Below are positions 36,919-49,669 of a stretch of DNA of 64,000 nt, piece by piece. Both the position numbers and the translations under genes were made by a program. The notes below the pieces were generated by a model. That model saw only the letters and a program-made list of their open reading frames with translations. It was not told where the DNA came from and did no database searches. Source of the stretch: Squalus acanthias (lineage: Eukaryota); NCBI GenBank assembly GCA_030390025.1, contig JASTWF010000033.1:124001-188000 (forward strand). The letters run 5' to 3'. How positions within the stretch are numbered: position 1 is the stretch's first letter; every line of letters starts with the position of its first letter.

Positions 36919-39076
36919 CTGTATTTTAAGGCTGTCCGGGAGCTCACGTTGAGGACAAGATTAGAAGCCGATGAACAAACATTAATGGACTAATAATCTG
37001 CAAGGACAGACACTGTTTTCTCTAGACACCCGCCAGATAGTCAGAAGACCGACTGAACACAAGGCTATTAGAGACGGTATCAGAAAAATGAGGTAGTGAG
37101 CTTCAAATCGTGTAAAGAACAAAGCACACAGACTAGATACGTCGCGCAGAATCACTAAAGATAATGATATCACTTACAAGATGATTTAATGGGTTAACGT
37201 GTTACGCATTAATTAAAAATAACCAGAAGGTGCTGACATGTTGCCATTACGTTAACAAGCCGTTGCTAAGAATAGAACAGGCACAGCACACAAAAGATCA
37301 AAAAGCTGAACGATAGGAGCTTGAGGCAGTCAAGGAGCAAGATGTCGACGCTGCTCACATTAGGAACGGGTAATATCACTTCTATTGTATCTGTGGCTTT
37401 AGCTGGTAAGATTGTCAGTAATCTGACTTATGAACTGTACTTTATCTTGTACTTAATAAAAGTATTTATTTGCCACAATCGTTTTGGCAAACTATCCTTC
37501 TGATCGTCTGACAAGCGTAAGCCGTTAACATTATCTTCACCGAATTGAAGGTAAAATTACCGGGGAGTAAATCTGTTTTATTCCACTCGATGGCAGCAAA
37601 TCCCCTAGAATCACCCGGCCGCCGATCTCTGCCCGTGTTATACAGGAGTTCACACACAGAGGTGGCCATTAACCACTAAACTAAGGTTACTGGAAATATG
37701 CTCGCCCACCAGCTGCTCTGGGCTGGGACTTGCTTATCAGTAACTAAGTGATTTAAAATCGTTTGGTGCTCCCAGAAATCACTCGGGTTAAATTGGTGAA
37801 TTCATCTGTATCTCACCCGTGCTGTAACTACCTTGGGACTGTTTGATGGGACAGTGTAGAGGGAGCTCGGAGGAACGGATTCTCCAGCTTATCTCTGTCT
37901 CACACGATGGTCCCTTGGTAAATAAAAAGAGAGTTCGGTCACTTCTACAAATTCTAACGCGCATTATGTCAATACCTTCACAATCAGGTCTAAGATGATC
38001 TGGTGAGAAGTGTGAAAATCCATTCTCAGCATAAAAATGTATCTTTGGCCGTTTGATATTACACGCTACAGCATAAATTTATTGTCCGCGTGCTTCCATA
38101 GGGACCCGTAGAGTTTCTTCGTAACATACTCTTGGGTTGAATCCGTCATTCACCGACTGGGTTGATAAGCGGTCAACACCGTCTTTAATTTATAGTAACA
38201 TGGGAACAGGAGTAGGCAACTTAGATATTTTTAATGTAATTCCTGCAGTAGATCTTCAATCGGTTCAGAGGTACTCTCTGCTCAACAGGACACCCGCAGA
38301 ATGTTGGGACCAACAACACGGCAGCTCCCGGTTGAAGGAGGTGGGGTTTGGATTAATTCAGTTAATGACTCGGCCCTGGAGGGCTGCGACTCCCACAATT
38401 CACAGCGGCAGGGAAAAGCCCCATTGTGACACGGGCCGCGCTGCACTGTGGGAGAACTGTTCGCACTTGCGCACCTCGCCAACCGAATTAATGACAGCTT
38501 TTATCCTCTCACCGGCCAAAACTTTCACTTATGTCGGTTAAGATCGAACTGTTTTCATTTGATGGAAAATGAAGTCATTCTCCTTTCAATCGAGCTGTTT
38601 TATTTAAATAAACGGCAGAAATGCGCAGCGTGTTCCTTCACAAAAACATGGCCGTGGGACGTTACACAAAGATCACCGAGGGAACGTAATACAAACATGG
38701 CCGCTGTTTTGCCAGTCCGTCGGAGTGCAGTGTTTGACTGTTTCTCCCATTGATTCAGGGTCAGGGGGTCACGGGCCGTCTCCATCCTCCGTTCAGCGCT
38801 AAAGAGCCCCAATTTTGCAGCCTATGACCCCTGACTCAGGGCGTTGACCTTGCGGGTCAGTCCGGGACCTCTTAAAAATGCGCTGCTCTCGCTGAGAATC
38901 CCCGAGCCTGGAGACAGAATAGAGAGACGGGAAGAAACAGCGAAGGTGGTTAACGGTAATTGGAGCTTAGAGAGGCGGGAGAGAGATTGGGGCAGAGACA
39001 GAGTTTACTCACTAAATCCATCCAATCCCAAAATTACTTCCAAGGCCCTTCAGTCACGCGTTGATTCTTCCATTGG

Positions 39077-39740
39077 GAATGCAAGTGCAGCAGGTAGTCA
39101 AGAAAGCAAATGGCATAATGGCCTTCATAGCAAGGGGATTTGAGTACAGGAGTAGGGAGGTGATGCTACAGTTGTACAGGGCCTTGGTGAGGCCACATCT
39201 GGAGTATTGTGTGCAGTTTTGGTCTCCTAACTTGAGGAAGGACATTCTTGCTTTTGAGGGAGTGCAACGAAGGTTCACTAGATTGATTCCTGGGATGGCC
39301 AGACTGACATATCAAGAAAGACTGGATCAACTGAACTTGTACCCTCTGGAGTTCAGAAGAATGAGGGGGGATCTTATAGAGACGTTTAAAATCCTGACTG
39401 GTTTAGACAAATTAGATGCGGGCAGAATGTTTCCAATGTTAGGGAAAACTTTAATCAGGGGTCACAGTCTAAGGATAAAGGGGAAGCCATTTAAGACTGA
39501 GATGAGGAGGAACTTATTCACCCAGAGAGTGGTGAATCTGTGGAATTCTCTACCACAGAAGGTTGTTGAGGCCAGTTCGCTAAATATATTCAAAAGGGAG
39601 TTAGATATAATACTCACAACTAGGGGGATGAGGGGGTATGGCGAGAAAGTAGGAATGGGGTACTGAGGTAGCATTAAATGGCGGTGCAGGCTCGAAGGAC
39701 CGAATTGTCTACTCCTGCACCTATTTTTTTATGTTTCTAT
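39077..39740 (+). mobile_element. 5'-truncated CR1 3' fragment
   Basis: ORF 39061..39666 MQVQQVVKKANGIMAFIARG...RGYGEKVGMGY followed by a CR1 3' UTR. Confidence 0.93.
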
Positions 39741-39984
39741 TCAGCAATCCGTTGTGCTATTCCACTACAGGAGACCTCACGTCTGAACATCCAGAGTTTA
39801 GAGGAAAAGCATTCACGCATCAGAAGGAAAAAGCTGGAAAATACTCAGGTCTGAGCAGAAACCTCTGGAGATGTTCCCGTGGTCGGGAGTCTCCGAAAGA
39901 AAGATGAGACGTTGAAGGACAGTGTCCCAAAGTTCAGGGGTAAAGGGAGTGAATGTCACTGTCGGATCCATGTGTAATCTTAAG

Positions 39985-40455
39985 TGAGTTCAGTTAGACG
40001 ATATCAGAGGGAATGGAGCAGAGCAGGGAGACAGGATCCCTGGGGTGATGGTCAGTGAGTTCTGGTAAATGGTATGAGAGCGAATGGAGGGGAGCAGGGA
40101 TACAGGATCCCTGGGGTGATGTTCAGTGTGTTCAGGTAGATGGTATCAGAGGCAATGGAGGAGAGCAGGAGACAGGATCCCTGGGGTGATGTTCAGTGTG
40201 TTCAGGTAGATGGTATCAGAGGGAATGGAGGAGAGCAGGAGACAGGATCCCTGGGGTGATGTTCAGTGTGTTCAGGTAGATGGTATCAGAGGCAATGGAG
40301 GAGAGCAGGAGACAGGATCCCTGGGGTGATGTTCAGTGTGTTCAGGTAGATGGTATCAGAGGGAATGGAGGAGAGCAGGAGACAGGATCACTGTGGTGAT
40401 GTTCAGTGTGTTCAGGTAGATGGTATCAGAGGGAATGAAGGAGATCAGGGAGAAA
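39985..40455. repeat. 70-bp minisatellite, about 6.5 units
   Basis: gacaggatc-like unit starts at 40030, 40101, 40171, 40241, 40311 and 40381. Confidence 0.95.
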
Positions 40456-40895
40456 GGTAATCAAGAAACAGGAGACAGAGGGTAAGGGTTAAAGGGTGTT
40501 GCTGAGATTGGGGAAGGGTTGGAAGTGATTACTTTGCTCCGTGTTCTTTGTAAAACATTTGGATTCGGGACTCGTTTAAAGAGGTTAATCCAAATCAAAA
40601 ATACATTCAATAGTGAGGAGGGTTCCATTCGTGCACATGGCCTGAACAAAACTAAAATGATTTTGCCCGTCTATCACACAACCTGTATGCAGCGCGGCCC
40701 ACTGTCGCAGAAGGCTCAAAAATACCCTCGGATACCCTGTGAACCCTCCTCTCATTTGTGTCAAATACTGTCTAAAAGTATAACTGCAAAAGTGGAGCGA
40801 GTACAACAGAAAACGGGCGAAAGAGTGTTTGTGTGTCTGATAGGCCCAAGGCTCTGGGAATCATTCCCAGGTTTGCGCTCCCTGGCGTGCTTATG

Positions 40896-41910
40896 TCAGA
40901 TATCTAACCCGTGCTGTACCTGCCCTGGGAGTGTTTGATGGGACAGTGTAGAGGGAGCTTTACTCTGTATCTAACCCGTGCTGTACCTGTCCTGGGAGTG
41001 TTTGATGGGACAGTGTAGAGGGAGCTTTACTCTGTATCTAACCCGTGCTGTACCTGCCCTGGGAGTGTTTGATGGGACAGTGTAGAGGGAGCTTTACTCT
41101 GTATCTAACCCCGTGCTGTACCTGGCCTGGGAGTGTTTGATGGGACAGTGTAGAGGGAGCTTTACTCTGTATCTAACCCGTGCTGTACCTGCTCTGGGAG
41201 TGTTTGATGAGACAGTGTGGAGCGAGCTTTACTCTGTATCTAACCCGTGCTGTACCTGGCCTGGGAGTGTTTGATGGGACAGTGTAGAGGGAGTTTTACT
41301 CTGTATCTAACCCATGCTGTAACTGTCCTGGGACTGTTTGATGGGACAGAATAGAGCGAGCTTTACTCTGTATCTAACCCGTGCTGTACCTGCACAGGGA
41401 GTGTTTGATGGGACAGTGTAGAGGGAGCTATTCTCTTTATCTAACCCATGCTGTACCTGCCCAGTGAGTGTTTGATGGGGACAGTGTAGAGGGATCTTTA
41501 CTCTGTATCTAACCCGTGCTGTACCTGCCCTGGGAGTGTTTGATGAGACAGTGCAGAGGGAGCTTTACTCTGTATCTAACCAGTGCTGTATCTGCCTTGG
41601 GACTGTTTGATGGGACAGTGTAGAGGGAGCTTTACTCTGTATCTAAGCCGTGCTGTACCTACCCTGGGAGTGTTTGATGGGACACTGTAGAGGGAGCATT
41701 ACTCTGTATCTAACCCGTGCTGAACCTACCCTGGGTGTGTTTGATGGGACAGTGTAGAGGAAGCTTTACTCTGTATCTAACCCGTGCTCTATCTGCCCTG
41801 GGTGTGTTTGATGGGGACAGTGTAGAGGGAGCTTTACTCTGTATCTGACCCCTGCTGTACCTGCCCTGGGAGTGTTTTATGGGGAGTTTAATGGGAGATT
41901 TACTCTGCCA
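40896..41910 (+). repeat. 67-bp tandem repeat array (tatctaacccgtgctgtacctgccctgggagtgtttgatgggacagtgtagagggagctttactctg)n, about 15 units
   Basis: Direct repetition with unit starts at 40901 and 40968. Confidence 0.97.
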
Positions 41911-43374
41911 TGTATTGCACTGTAACAAGCTGTGATGTAGCAGAGACCTGCTCTGCAATAGAGCCTGACATGTGACTCTACAGACCATAATATTAGAGGA
42001 GACTGCGTGGTGCGCCTGGTCGCTGTGCAGTCATTCCACCTTATGGGCCTGATATAAAAAGGCAGCAGTAACGGTGTCTTTTCTCTGATGGGACACTGGG
42101 TGGCGCCGTGCCTCCTTAACCGAAGGGTCTTGATTTGAATCTCAATCCAGAAAGGACGTGTGAAATACCTCTGCAGGGGAAATAAAGAAACTGTGATAGG
42201 GAATATAGAGCGGTGTAGAGGAGCCTCGGAGAAAGGAAATCAATAAATTCTGAGTTAGTAAATTTGTCATTCCAGATGTATTAACAATTTCAATGAGTAC
42301 GATTTACAGAGAATGGTTTAAAAAGGTAACGCAAAGTGAATATAATAACTGAGCGTCACATTGAGAACTGAACACAGGCGGTCGGAGCTGCCAGCTATCT
42401 GTACATCTGTAACAGATACCAGAGAGAGAAAACAGGGGTTCAACATGAAGGTGGAGTGGGGGGGATAATTGTGATTTAGGATTGAGAAAAGTGACTTATT
42501 TACTCGTGAAATATTCAAACAATGCTAAGATGCATTTACATTATAGCCACGATTATCTCACACATTTCAAACAGAAAGACAGAATTCCATTGATATTTTT
42601 CTCAGCTATATATTCGGATCTTTTAACTGAAGACATTTTACTTTGAGAATCACCAAGAGGACATATTTTATTTTCAGAACACAGCGATGTTAATAAACAG
42701 ATGAGGCAAATCCACGGCGTTCGAAATTCAACCGATAACTTGGCTCGTAATAGAGCGATTAATGAGTGAAGCGTGAATGTGGAAGCGGTTGTCCAGATGC
42801 TGCCGCTCTCGTCCTCATTGTCTTCAATCAAGATGTGGTCTGAGGAATCTATGGGGAGGAGAGGCGAAAATAAATTCAGATCGTTTATTAATCCGGGATA
42901 TCATATTATTATTATATATTCCCTTTTCCTTTCCTTAAGGTATTCGTTTGTTCTCTAATTTAATTTACAATGTATATCTTGTGTTAAGTTAATCACTCTC
43001 TGCAATCAATCTCTGTTCCTAACTCCACAGCCGCTCTTCGTTTATGATCCTCATGTAGTCCGTGTTGGAAAACGTGATATTATTTCTCCCTGTCAGACGC
43101 TAATTGATTTTCCATCAATTTCTTACGATCTATCGTTCGGGAATAATATGATGAAATATCGAGACAGGTTTACTGATTGATACCGATTATTTTTAACGAT
43201 AGGTTTAGATAGCTACTTATTTTGAGACTGTCAAGGGGGTTGGGTAAGAAATCAAATGTGAGCTAGAAGCTTATTTATTTTTATTTGTTATGGCAGTGCT
43301 CTGAACATAATTAAATTGTCTCAGTTTCCAACTTAGAACTTTGATTCAGTGCATGTGTAGTACCAGAATAGAGA

Positions 43375-45107
43375 AATGTCAGAAGAGATAGGAGAGGTGA
43401 TGAATGAATACTTTTAGTCAGTGTTCACCGAGGAGAGGGGCCATGTTCTTGAGGATGAGAGTGTGATAAAGGTGGATAGGCTGGAGGTGGTAGATGTTCT
43501 GAGGGAAGATGTTTTAGCAATTTTGAAGAACCTGAGGGTCGATAAGTTCACTGGGCCAGATGGGATATATCCTAGGATTCTTTGGGAGGCAAGGGAGGAG
43601 ATTGCAGAGCCTCTGGCTTTGATCTTTGGGTCCTCACTGTCCACGGGGATGGTGCCAGAGGACTGGAGAGTGGCGAATGTTGTTCCTCTCTTCAAGAAAG
43701 GAAATAGGAATGACCCTGGTAATTATAGGCCGGTTAGTCTTACTTCGGTGGTTGGTAAGATAATGGAAAAGGTCCTGAGGGATAGGATTTATTTCCATTT
43801 GGAAAGGGGCAACTTAATCAGGGATAGTCAACACGGATTCGTGAAGGGTAAGTCTTGCCTAACAAATTTGATTGAATTATTTGAGGAGGTAACTAAGTGT
43901 GTAGATGAAGGTAGAGCAGTTGATGTCGTATACATGGATTTTAGTAAGGCGTTTGATAAAGTTCCCCATGGTCGTCTCATGAAGAAAGTAAGGAGTTGTG
44001 GGATAGAGGGAAATTTGGCCGATTGGATAAGTAACTGGCTATCTCATAGAAGGCAGAGGGTGGTGGTGGATGGAACATTTTCGGACTGGAGACCAGTTAC
44101 CAGCGGTGTGCCACAGGGGTCGGTGCTGGGTCCTCTGCTGTTTGTGATTTTTATCAATGACTTGGACGAGGGGACTGAAGGTTGGATCAGTAAATTTGCT
44201 GATGACACCAAGATTGGTGGAGTAGTGGATGAGGTGGAGGGCAGTTGTAGGCTGCAAAGAGACATTGATAGGATGCAGAGCTGGGCCGAAAAATGGCAGA
44301 TGGAATTTAACCCTGATAAGTGCGAGGTGATTCATTTTGGTAGGGCAAATTTGAATAAGGATTACAGGGTCAACGGCAGGGTTCTGAGGAACGTGGAGGA
44401 GCAGAGGGATCTGGGGGTTCATATCCACAGATCTCTGAAGGTTGCCACTCAAGTGGATAGAGCAGTAAAGAAGGCCTATGGTGTGTTGGCGTTTATTAAC
44501 AGAGGGTTTGAGTTTAAGAACCGTGAGGTTATGCTGCAACTGTACAGGACCTTGGTGAGACCACATTTGGAATATTGTGTGCAGTTCTGGTCACCTCACT
44601 ATAGGAAGGACGTAGAAGCATTGGAAAGAGTGCAAAGCAGATTTACCAGGATGCTGCCTGGTTTGGGGGGGAGGTCTTATGAGGAAAGATTGAGGGAGTT
44701 GGGTCTTTTCTCTTTAGAGCGGAGGAGGATGAGAGGCGACTTAATAGAGGTTTATAAGATGATGAGGGGGATAGATAGAGTGGATGTTCAGAGACTATTT
44801 CCTCGGGTAGAGGCAGCTGTTACAAGGGGGCATAACTATAAGGTGCATGGGGGGAGATATAGAAGGGATGTCCGAGGTAGATTCTTTAATCAGAGAGTGG
44901 TTGGGGTGTGGAATGGACTGCCTGCTGTGATAGTGGAGTCGGACACTTTAGGAACTTTCAAGCGGTTATTGGATAAGCACATGGAGCACACCAGAGTGAT
45001 AGGGAGTGTGATAGCTTGATCTTGGTCTCGGACAATGCTCGGCACAACATCGAGGGCCGAAGGGCCTGTACTGTGCTGTACTGTTCTATGTTCTATGTTC
45101 TATGTTA
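43375..45107 (+). mobile_element. 5'-truncated young CR1/HER1-like LINE with an uninterrupted 532-aa RT-to-C-terminus frame
   Basis: ORF 43421..45019 contains [31 protein letters not shown] and FADD. The tail is gggccgaagggcctgtactgtgctgtac(tgttcta)n. Confidence 0.95.
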
Positions 45108-45224
45108 TGGTATCATGAATTATTTATTCAGGACAATCGTTGGAGAGTGTGTCCGTTGAAAAAGTGCACTTTCATTCTACATTCTTCCATAGCCTGACGT
45201 TTCTGTGCGCTTCAGTGTTTGCCT

Positions 45225-45800
45225 ATGTGTGTATGACTATCACTTATTTTAATTTAGTTTATGTTTGTGTGTTAATGTGTATGTTTATCTGGCAGTGTGT
45301 TTGTTGAAGTGTAAGTGTATGTTTGCGTTATTTGTGTAAGTTTGTGTATGTTTATGTCTAAATCTTTTTGTGTTTTTGCGTAGCTTTGTTTGTTTAAATG
45401 TAAGTGCGTGTGTTTATCTGTAAGTGTGTATGTGTTTTGTGTAAGTGTGTTCATGTGTATGGTTATGTGTAAGTGTTTGTGTATGTTTAGGTGTAAGCGT
45501 GTGTGTGTTTATGTCTAATTATGTGTGTGTTTGCATGTAATGTGTGTATTTAGGTTTGTTTGTGTTGGTGTTGATGTGTGTTTATGCGTGTGTCTGTGCG
45601 TGTGAGTTAATGCGTGTTCTTGTGTATGTTTTGTGTAAGGGTGCGTTTGTGTATTTTTGCTATTGTTAAAAGTTTCAGAGAGTATTAATAACTGGGTCTG
45701 ACATTGATGATGTGTAGTTTAATCTGGGTATGTGTAATATTCTGTGTCAGTGTGTTAATGTATGTTTGTGTGTAAGTCTGTGTGTGTTTATTTGTAAGTA
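45225..45800. repeat. Degenerate (TG)n-rich low-complexity tract
   Basis: Dominated by tgtg/tatg. Confidence 0.85.
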
Positions 45801-46094
45801 TGCACAGAGCGGGTGGAATGCAACATTTCAACCTCAGCAACATCAGAGACACAACTGGGAGAAACCAGGAGAGGAATCAATCACCAGTTTAGATCTGGAC
45901 TCTTAGAATACAATCTGTTGGTTTACGAATAAAAGGGACATATTTACCCCAAACCCTATTTAAAGATAATACGATGAAAAAATATTTATTTTACAATATG
46001 ATTCCCATGGGGCAATGTTAACATTTTCGGACAGTGAACTGGAAGCTGACTTTTACTGATAACAACTGACTTTATATAATACAGATTGGTTTAT

Positions 46095-47785
46095 TTCCCC
46101 CCCCCCTCTCTCTGGTGGGGGAATATGAGGTACAGTGGGTTAACAATTGCCCCTTCCCCTCTCTCTGGTGGTGGGTGAGTGTACAGTGGGTTAACAATTG
46201 CCCTTTCCCCTCTCTCTGTTGGGGGAGTGGGGGCATAGTGGATTAACAATTGCCTTTTCCTCTCTCTCTGACTGAGAGCGGGGGTACAGTGTGCAAACAA
46301 TTGTCTTTCCCCCTCTCTCTGGTGAGTTTACTGGTTTAAAGTGGGTTATCAATTGCCTTTTCCCCTCTCTCTGGCGGGGGAGTGGGAGGTACAGTGGGTT
46401 AACAATTGCCCCTCCCCCTCTCTCTGGTGGGAGACTGATGTCCACGGGTTGACACTTGCCCTCCCCCCTCTCTCTGGTGGGGGAGTGGGGGTACAGTGAG
46501 TTAACAATTGCCCTCCCCCCTCTCTCTGGTGGGGGAGTGGGGGTACAGTGAGTTAACAATTGTCTTTTCCCCTCTCTCTGCTGGGGGAGTGGGGGTACAG
46601 TGGGTTAACACTTGTTCTTTCCCCTCTCTCTCTGGATGGGGAGTTGGGGTGCAGTGAGTTAACAATTGTCTTTTCCCCTCTCTCTGGTTGGGGGAGTGGG
46701 GGTACAGTGGGTTAACACTTGCTCTTTCCCCTCTCTCTCTGGTGGGGGAGTTGTGGTGCAGTGAGTTAACAGTTGCCCTCTCCCCTCTCTCTGGTTGGAG
46801 GAGTGGGGATACAGTGGGTTAACACTTGCCCTTTTCTCTCTCTCTGATGGGGGAGTTGGGGTACATTGTGTTAACAATTTCCTTTTCCTCTCTCTCTGGT
46901 GGGGGAGTTGTGGTACAGTGGGTTAACACTTGCTCCTTCCCCTCTCTCTGGTGGGGGATTGGGTTACAGTTAATTAACACTTGCCCTTTCCTCTCTCTCT
47001 GTCGGGGGAGTGGGAGGTACAGTGGGTTAACACTTCCTCTTTCCACTCTCTCTGGTGGTGGAGTGTGGGTACAGTGAGTGAACGATTGCTCTTTTCTCTC
47101 TCTCTGGTGGGGAGTGGGGGTACAGTGAGTTAACACTTGCTCATTCCTCTCTCTCTGGTGGAGGAGTGGGGTTACAGTGAGTTAACACTTGCTCTTTCCC
47201 CTCTCTCTCTGGTGGGTAGTGGGGTTACAGTGAGTTAACACTTGCTCTTTCCCCTCTCTTTCTCTGGTGGGTAGTGGGGTTACAGTGAGTTAACACTTGC
47301 TCTTTCCCGGCTCTCTGGTTGGTAGTGGGGTTACAGTGAGTTAACACTTGCCCTTTCCCCTCTCTCTGGTGGGGGAGTTGGGGTACAGTGAGTGAACACT
47401 TGCTCTTTCCCCTCTCTTTCTCTGGTGGGTAGTGGGGTTACAGTGAGTTAACACTTGCTCTTTCCCGGCTCTCTGGTTGGTAGTGGGGTTACAGTGAGTT
47501 AACACTTGCCCTTTCCCCTCTCTCTGGTGGGGGAGTTGGGGTACAGTGCGCTAACACTTGCCCTTTCGCCTCTCTCTGGTGGGGAGTGGGGTTACAGTGA
47601 GTGAACACTTGCTCTTTCCTCTCTCTCTGGTGGGTAGTGGGGTTACAGTGAGTTAACACTTGCTATTTCCTCTCTTTCTGGTGGGGGAATGCGGGTACAG
47701 TGGATTAACACTTTCCCTTCCCCCTCTCTCTGGTGGGGAAGTGGGGGTACTGTGCTTTAAAACTTGCTCTTTCCTCTCTCTCTGA
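46095..47785. repeat. About 52-57-bp variable minisatellite (gttaacaattgccct-cccctctctctggtgggggagtgggggtacagtga)n, about 30 units
   Basis: Recurring acagtg(g/a)gttaaca anchors, with unit length varying through the ct and g runs. Confidence 0.95.
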
Positions 47786-48004
47786 TACAGTTCAAGATCC
47801 TCTGTGGCCCTCACTTCAGTGGGTACGATGCTGCAAATTAAAACTGGTCCAATTCTGTAGGGATGGACAGCACGAGAAACAGGGAGACCGAGATGTAATT
47901 GCTGGTTTGTCGCTAATGTGAATATCCAGATTCCCCCAGCGGGAGGAAATTTGCTGAAGTTACTTTGTGGAATCCTGTAGTGAGAGAGCTTCACTCTTTC
48001 TCTA

Positions 48005-48952
48005 ACAAAGCAAACTATGTAGGTATGAGGGTCCAGTTGGCTAAGGATAATTGGGAAACTACATTAAAATGTAAGACAGTGGACCAGCAATGGATTGCAT
48101 TTAAATAATTAATACATAACTTACGACAAACATACATTCATGTAAGGCACAAAAACACCACAGGAAAAGTGGGCCAACAGTGGATAACAAGAGAAGTTAT
48201 AGATAGTATTAAATCAAAGGAAGAGGCTTATAATTCTGCCAACAAGTGTAGTAAGCCAGGTGATTGGGAATTCAACAAAAAAGGAAAATATTAGCGGAAG
48301 TAAATGTGTGTCCCTTACAGGCTGAGAAAAGAGAAATTATAATGGGGAATAAGGAAATGACAGAGAAATTAAACAAATACTTTGTGTCTTTCTTCACGGA
48401 AGAAGACGCAAAAAACTTCCTGGAAATAGTGGAGATCCAAGGGTCTAGCGAGAATGAGGAACTGAAAGATATTCGTATTAGTGAAAATGATGTACTGGAG
48501 AAATTAATGGGACTGAAAGCCGATAAGTCCCCTGGACATGATAGCCGACTTCATCGGGATTGAAAGAGTTGGCAATAGAGATAGTCGTTGTCATTATGCA
48601 AAATTCCATAAATTCCAGAACGGTTACTGCGGATTGGAAGGTAGCAAATGTAAGGTTTTGATAGATCAAATAGACAGAACCAGTTTCCTCTTGCAAGTAG
48701 GCCGGTAACCGAAGATCACAGATTTAAAATAATTGGCAAAGTTCTAGAGGGGAAATTGGGGTATTTTTTCACACAGAGGGTTGCTCATTTCTGAATGCAC
48801 CAGGCATCTGGACATGTAATTGAAGAGGACTCATTTGCAGGGTTATGATGAAAAAGCTGGGGTGTTGGGTGAAATTGGACAGCTCTTTCAGAGCCGGCAC
48901 AGGCAAGGCGGGCCGAATGGCCTCTTTCTGTGCTGTAAGTTGCTCTGATTCT
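48005..48952 (+). mobile_element. Degenerate CR1 with a large internal deletion
   Basis: [35 protein letters not shown], then a jump near 48655 to the 3' end (gggccgaatggcctctttctgtgctgtaagttgctctgattcta). Confidence 0.85.
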
Positions 48953-49669
48953 ACACAAGTCAGCGGAAATAGTTCTTCCCGATTTAATGGAAGGAAACGT
49001 TCCATATTCTGAACACCTCCAGCATATCTATGTTATTGTTAGTTATAATGAAAGAGGATATTTAAAATAAAGGGATCTGAGCAATCTGACGCAAATGAGT
49101 GAATCGGTTACAGTTATATCGTTTTAAAGTTCATTGTGAATGACGACTCATTGCAGGCTGACTTTCAATCTTTAAATGTTTCACAGAAGTACAAGTCAGT
49201 GATTGACTGCCTTGTGTTGTGACCCAGTCTAATAACTGCATTCGGCCGAATATGTCCCTTTTCAAAACAAAATTGAACGAGATAATAGTTTCAAATATAA
49301 AGTAACCATGATGGTTATTTGGAGCTGGGAATCAACATTCTCCATTTAAACTTTCAAAATAACTTCCAGCCTCCCGTCAGATCAGAACAGACGCTGCCTT
49401 CTGGAGCGTTCCAGTCACTTCCTGAAACTGTTTGTTCTGAAAGTGTGCTCAGTAACAGGCCAATCTGATTCAACAATTATCTGATATTCAAAATGTTTAT
49501 CCATTAATAATTCATTTAAATTTCTGATTTTTTCAGAATTTTTTTTAACATCAATTCATGTGCGTTGTTCAATCTGGGCAATGGAACGATTTATTTTATA
49601 TATCTGGCTCGAGCACTCGCCCCTTATTAGTTAGATGCCGAATACGGTTCCTTCAATACTGTTGGAAAA

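Noticed and set aside
36920..37700. Short ORFs in unique sequence as host exons
   Set aside because: There are no recognisable protein motifs or consistent splice-site pairs.
44039..44566. Antisense ORFs over CR1 ORF2 (also 16078..16371 and 63193..63693)
   Set aside because: They are shadow ORFs of the LINE coding strand, and their extents are not conserved between copies.
43421..45019. 532-aa open RT frame as a domesticated gene
   Set aside because: It is 5'-truncated, starts at a GTG and keeps a normal LINE tail. Young age explains the open frame.
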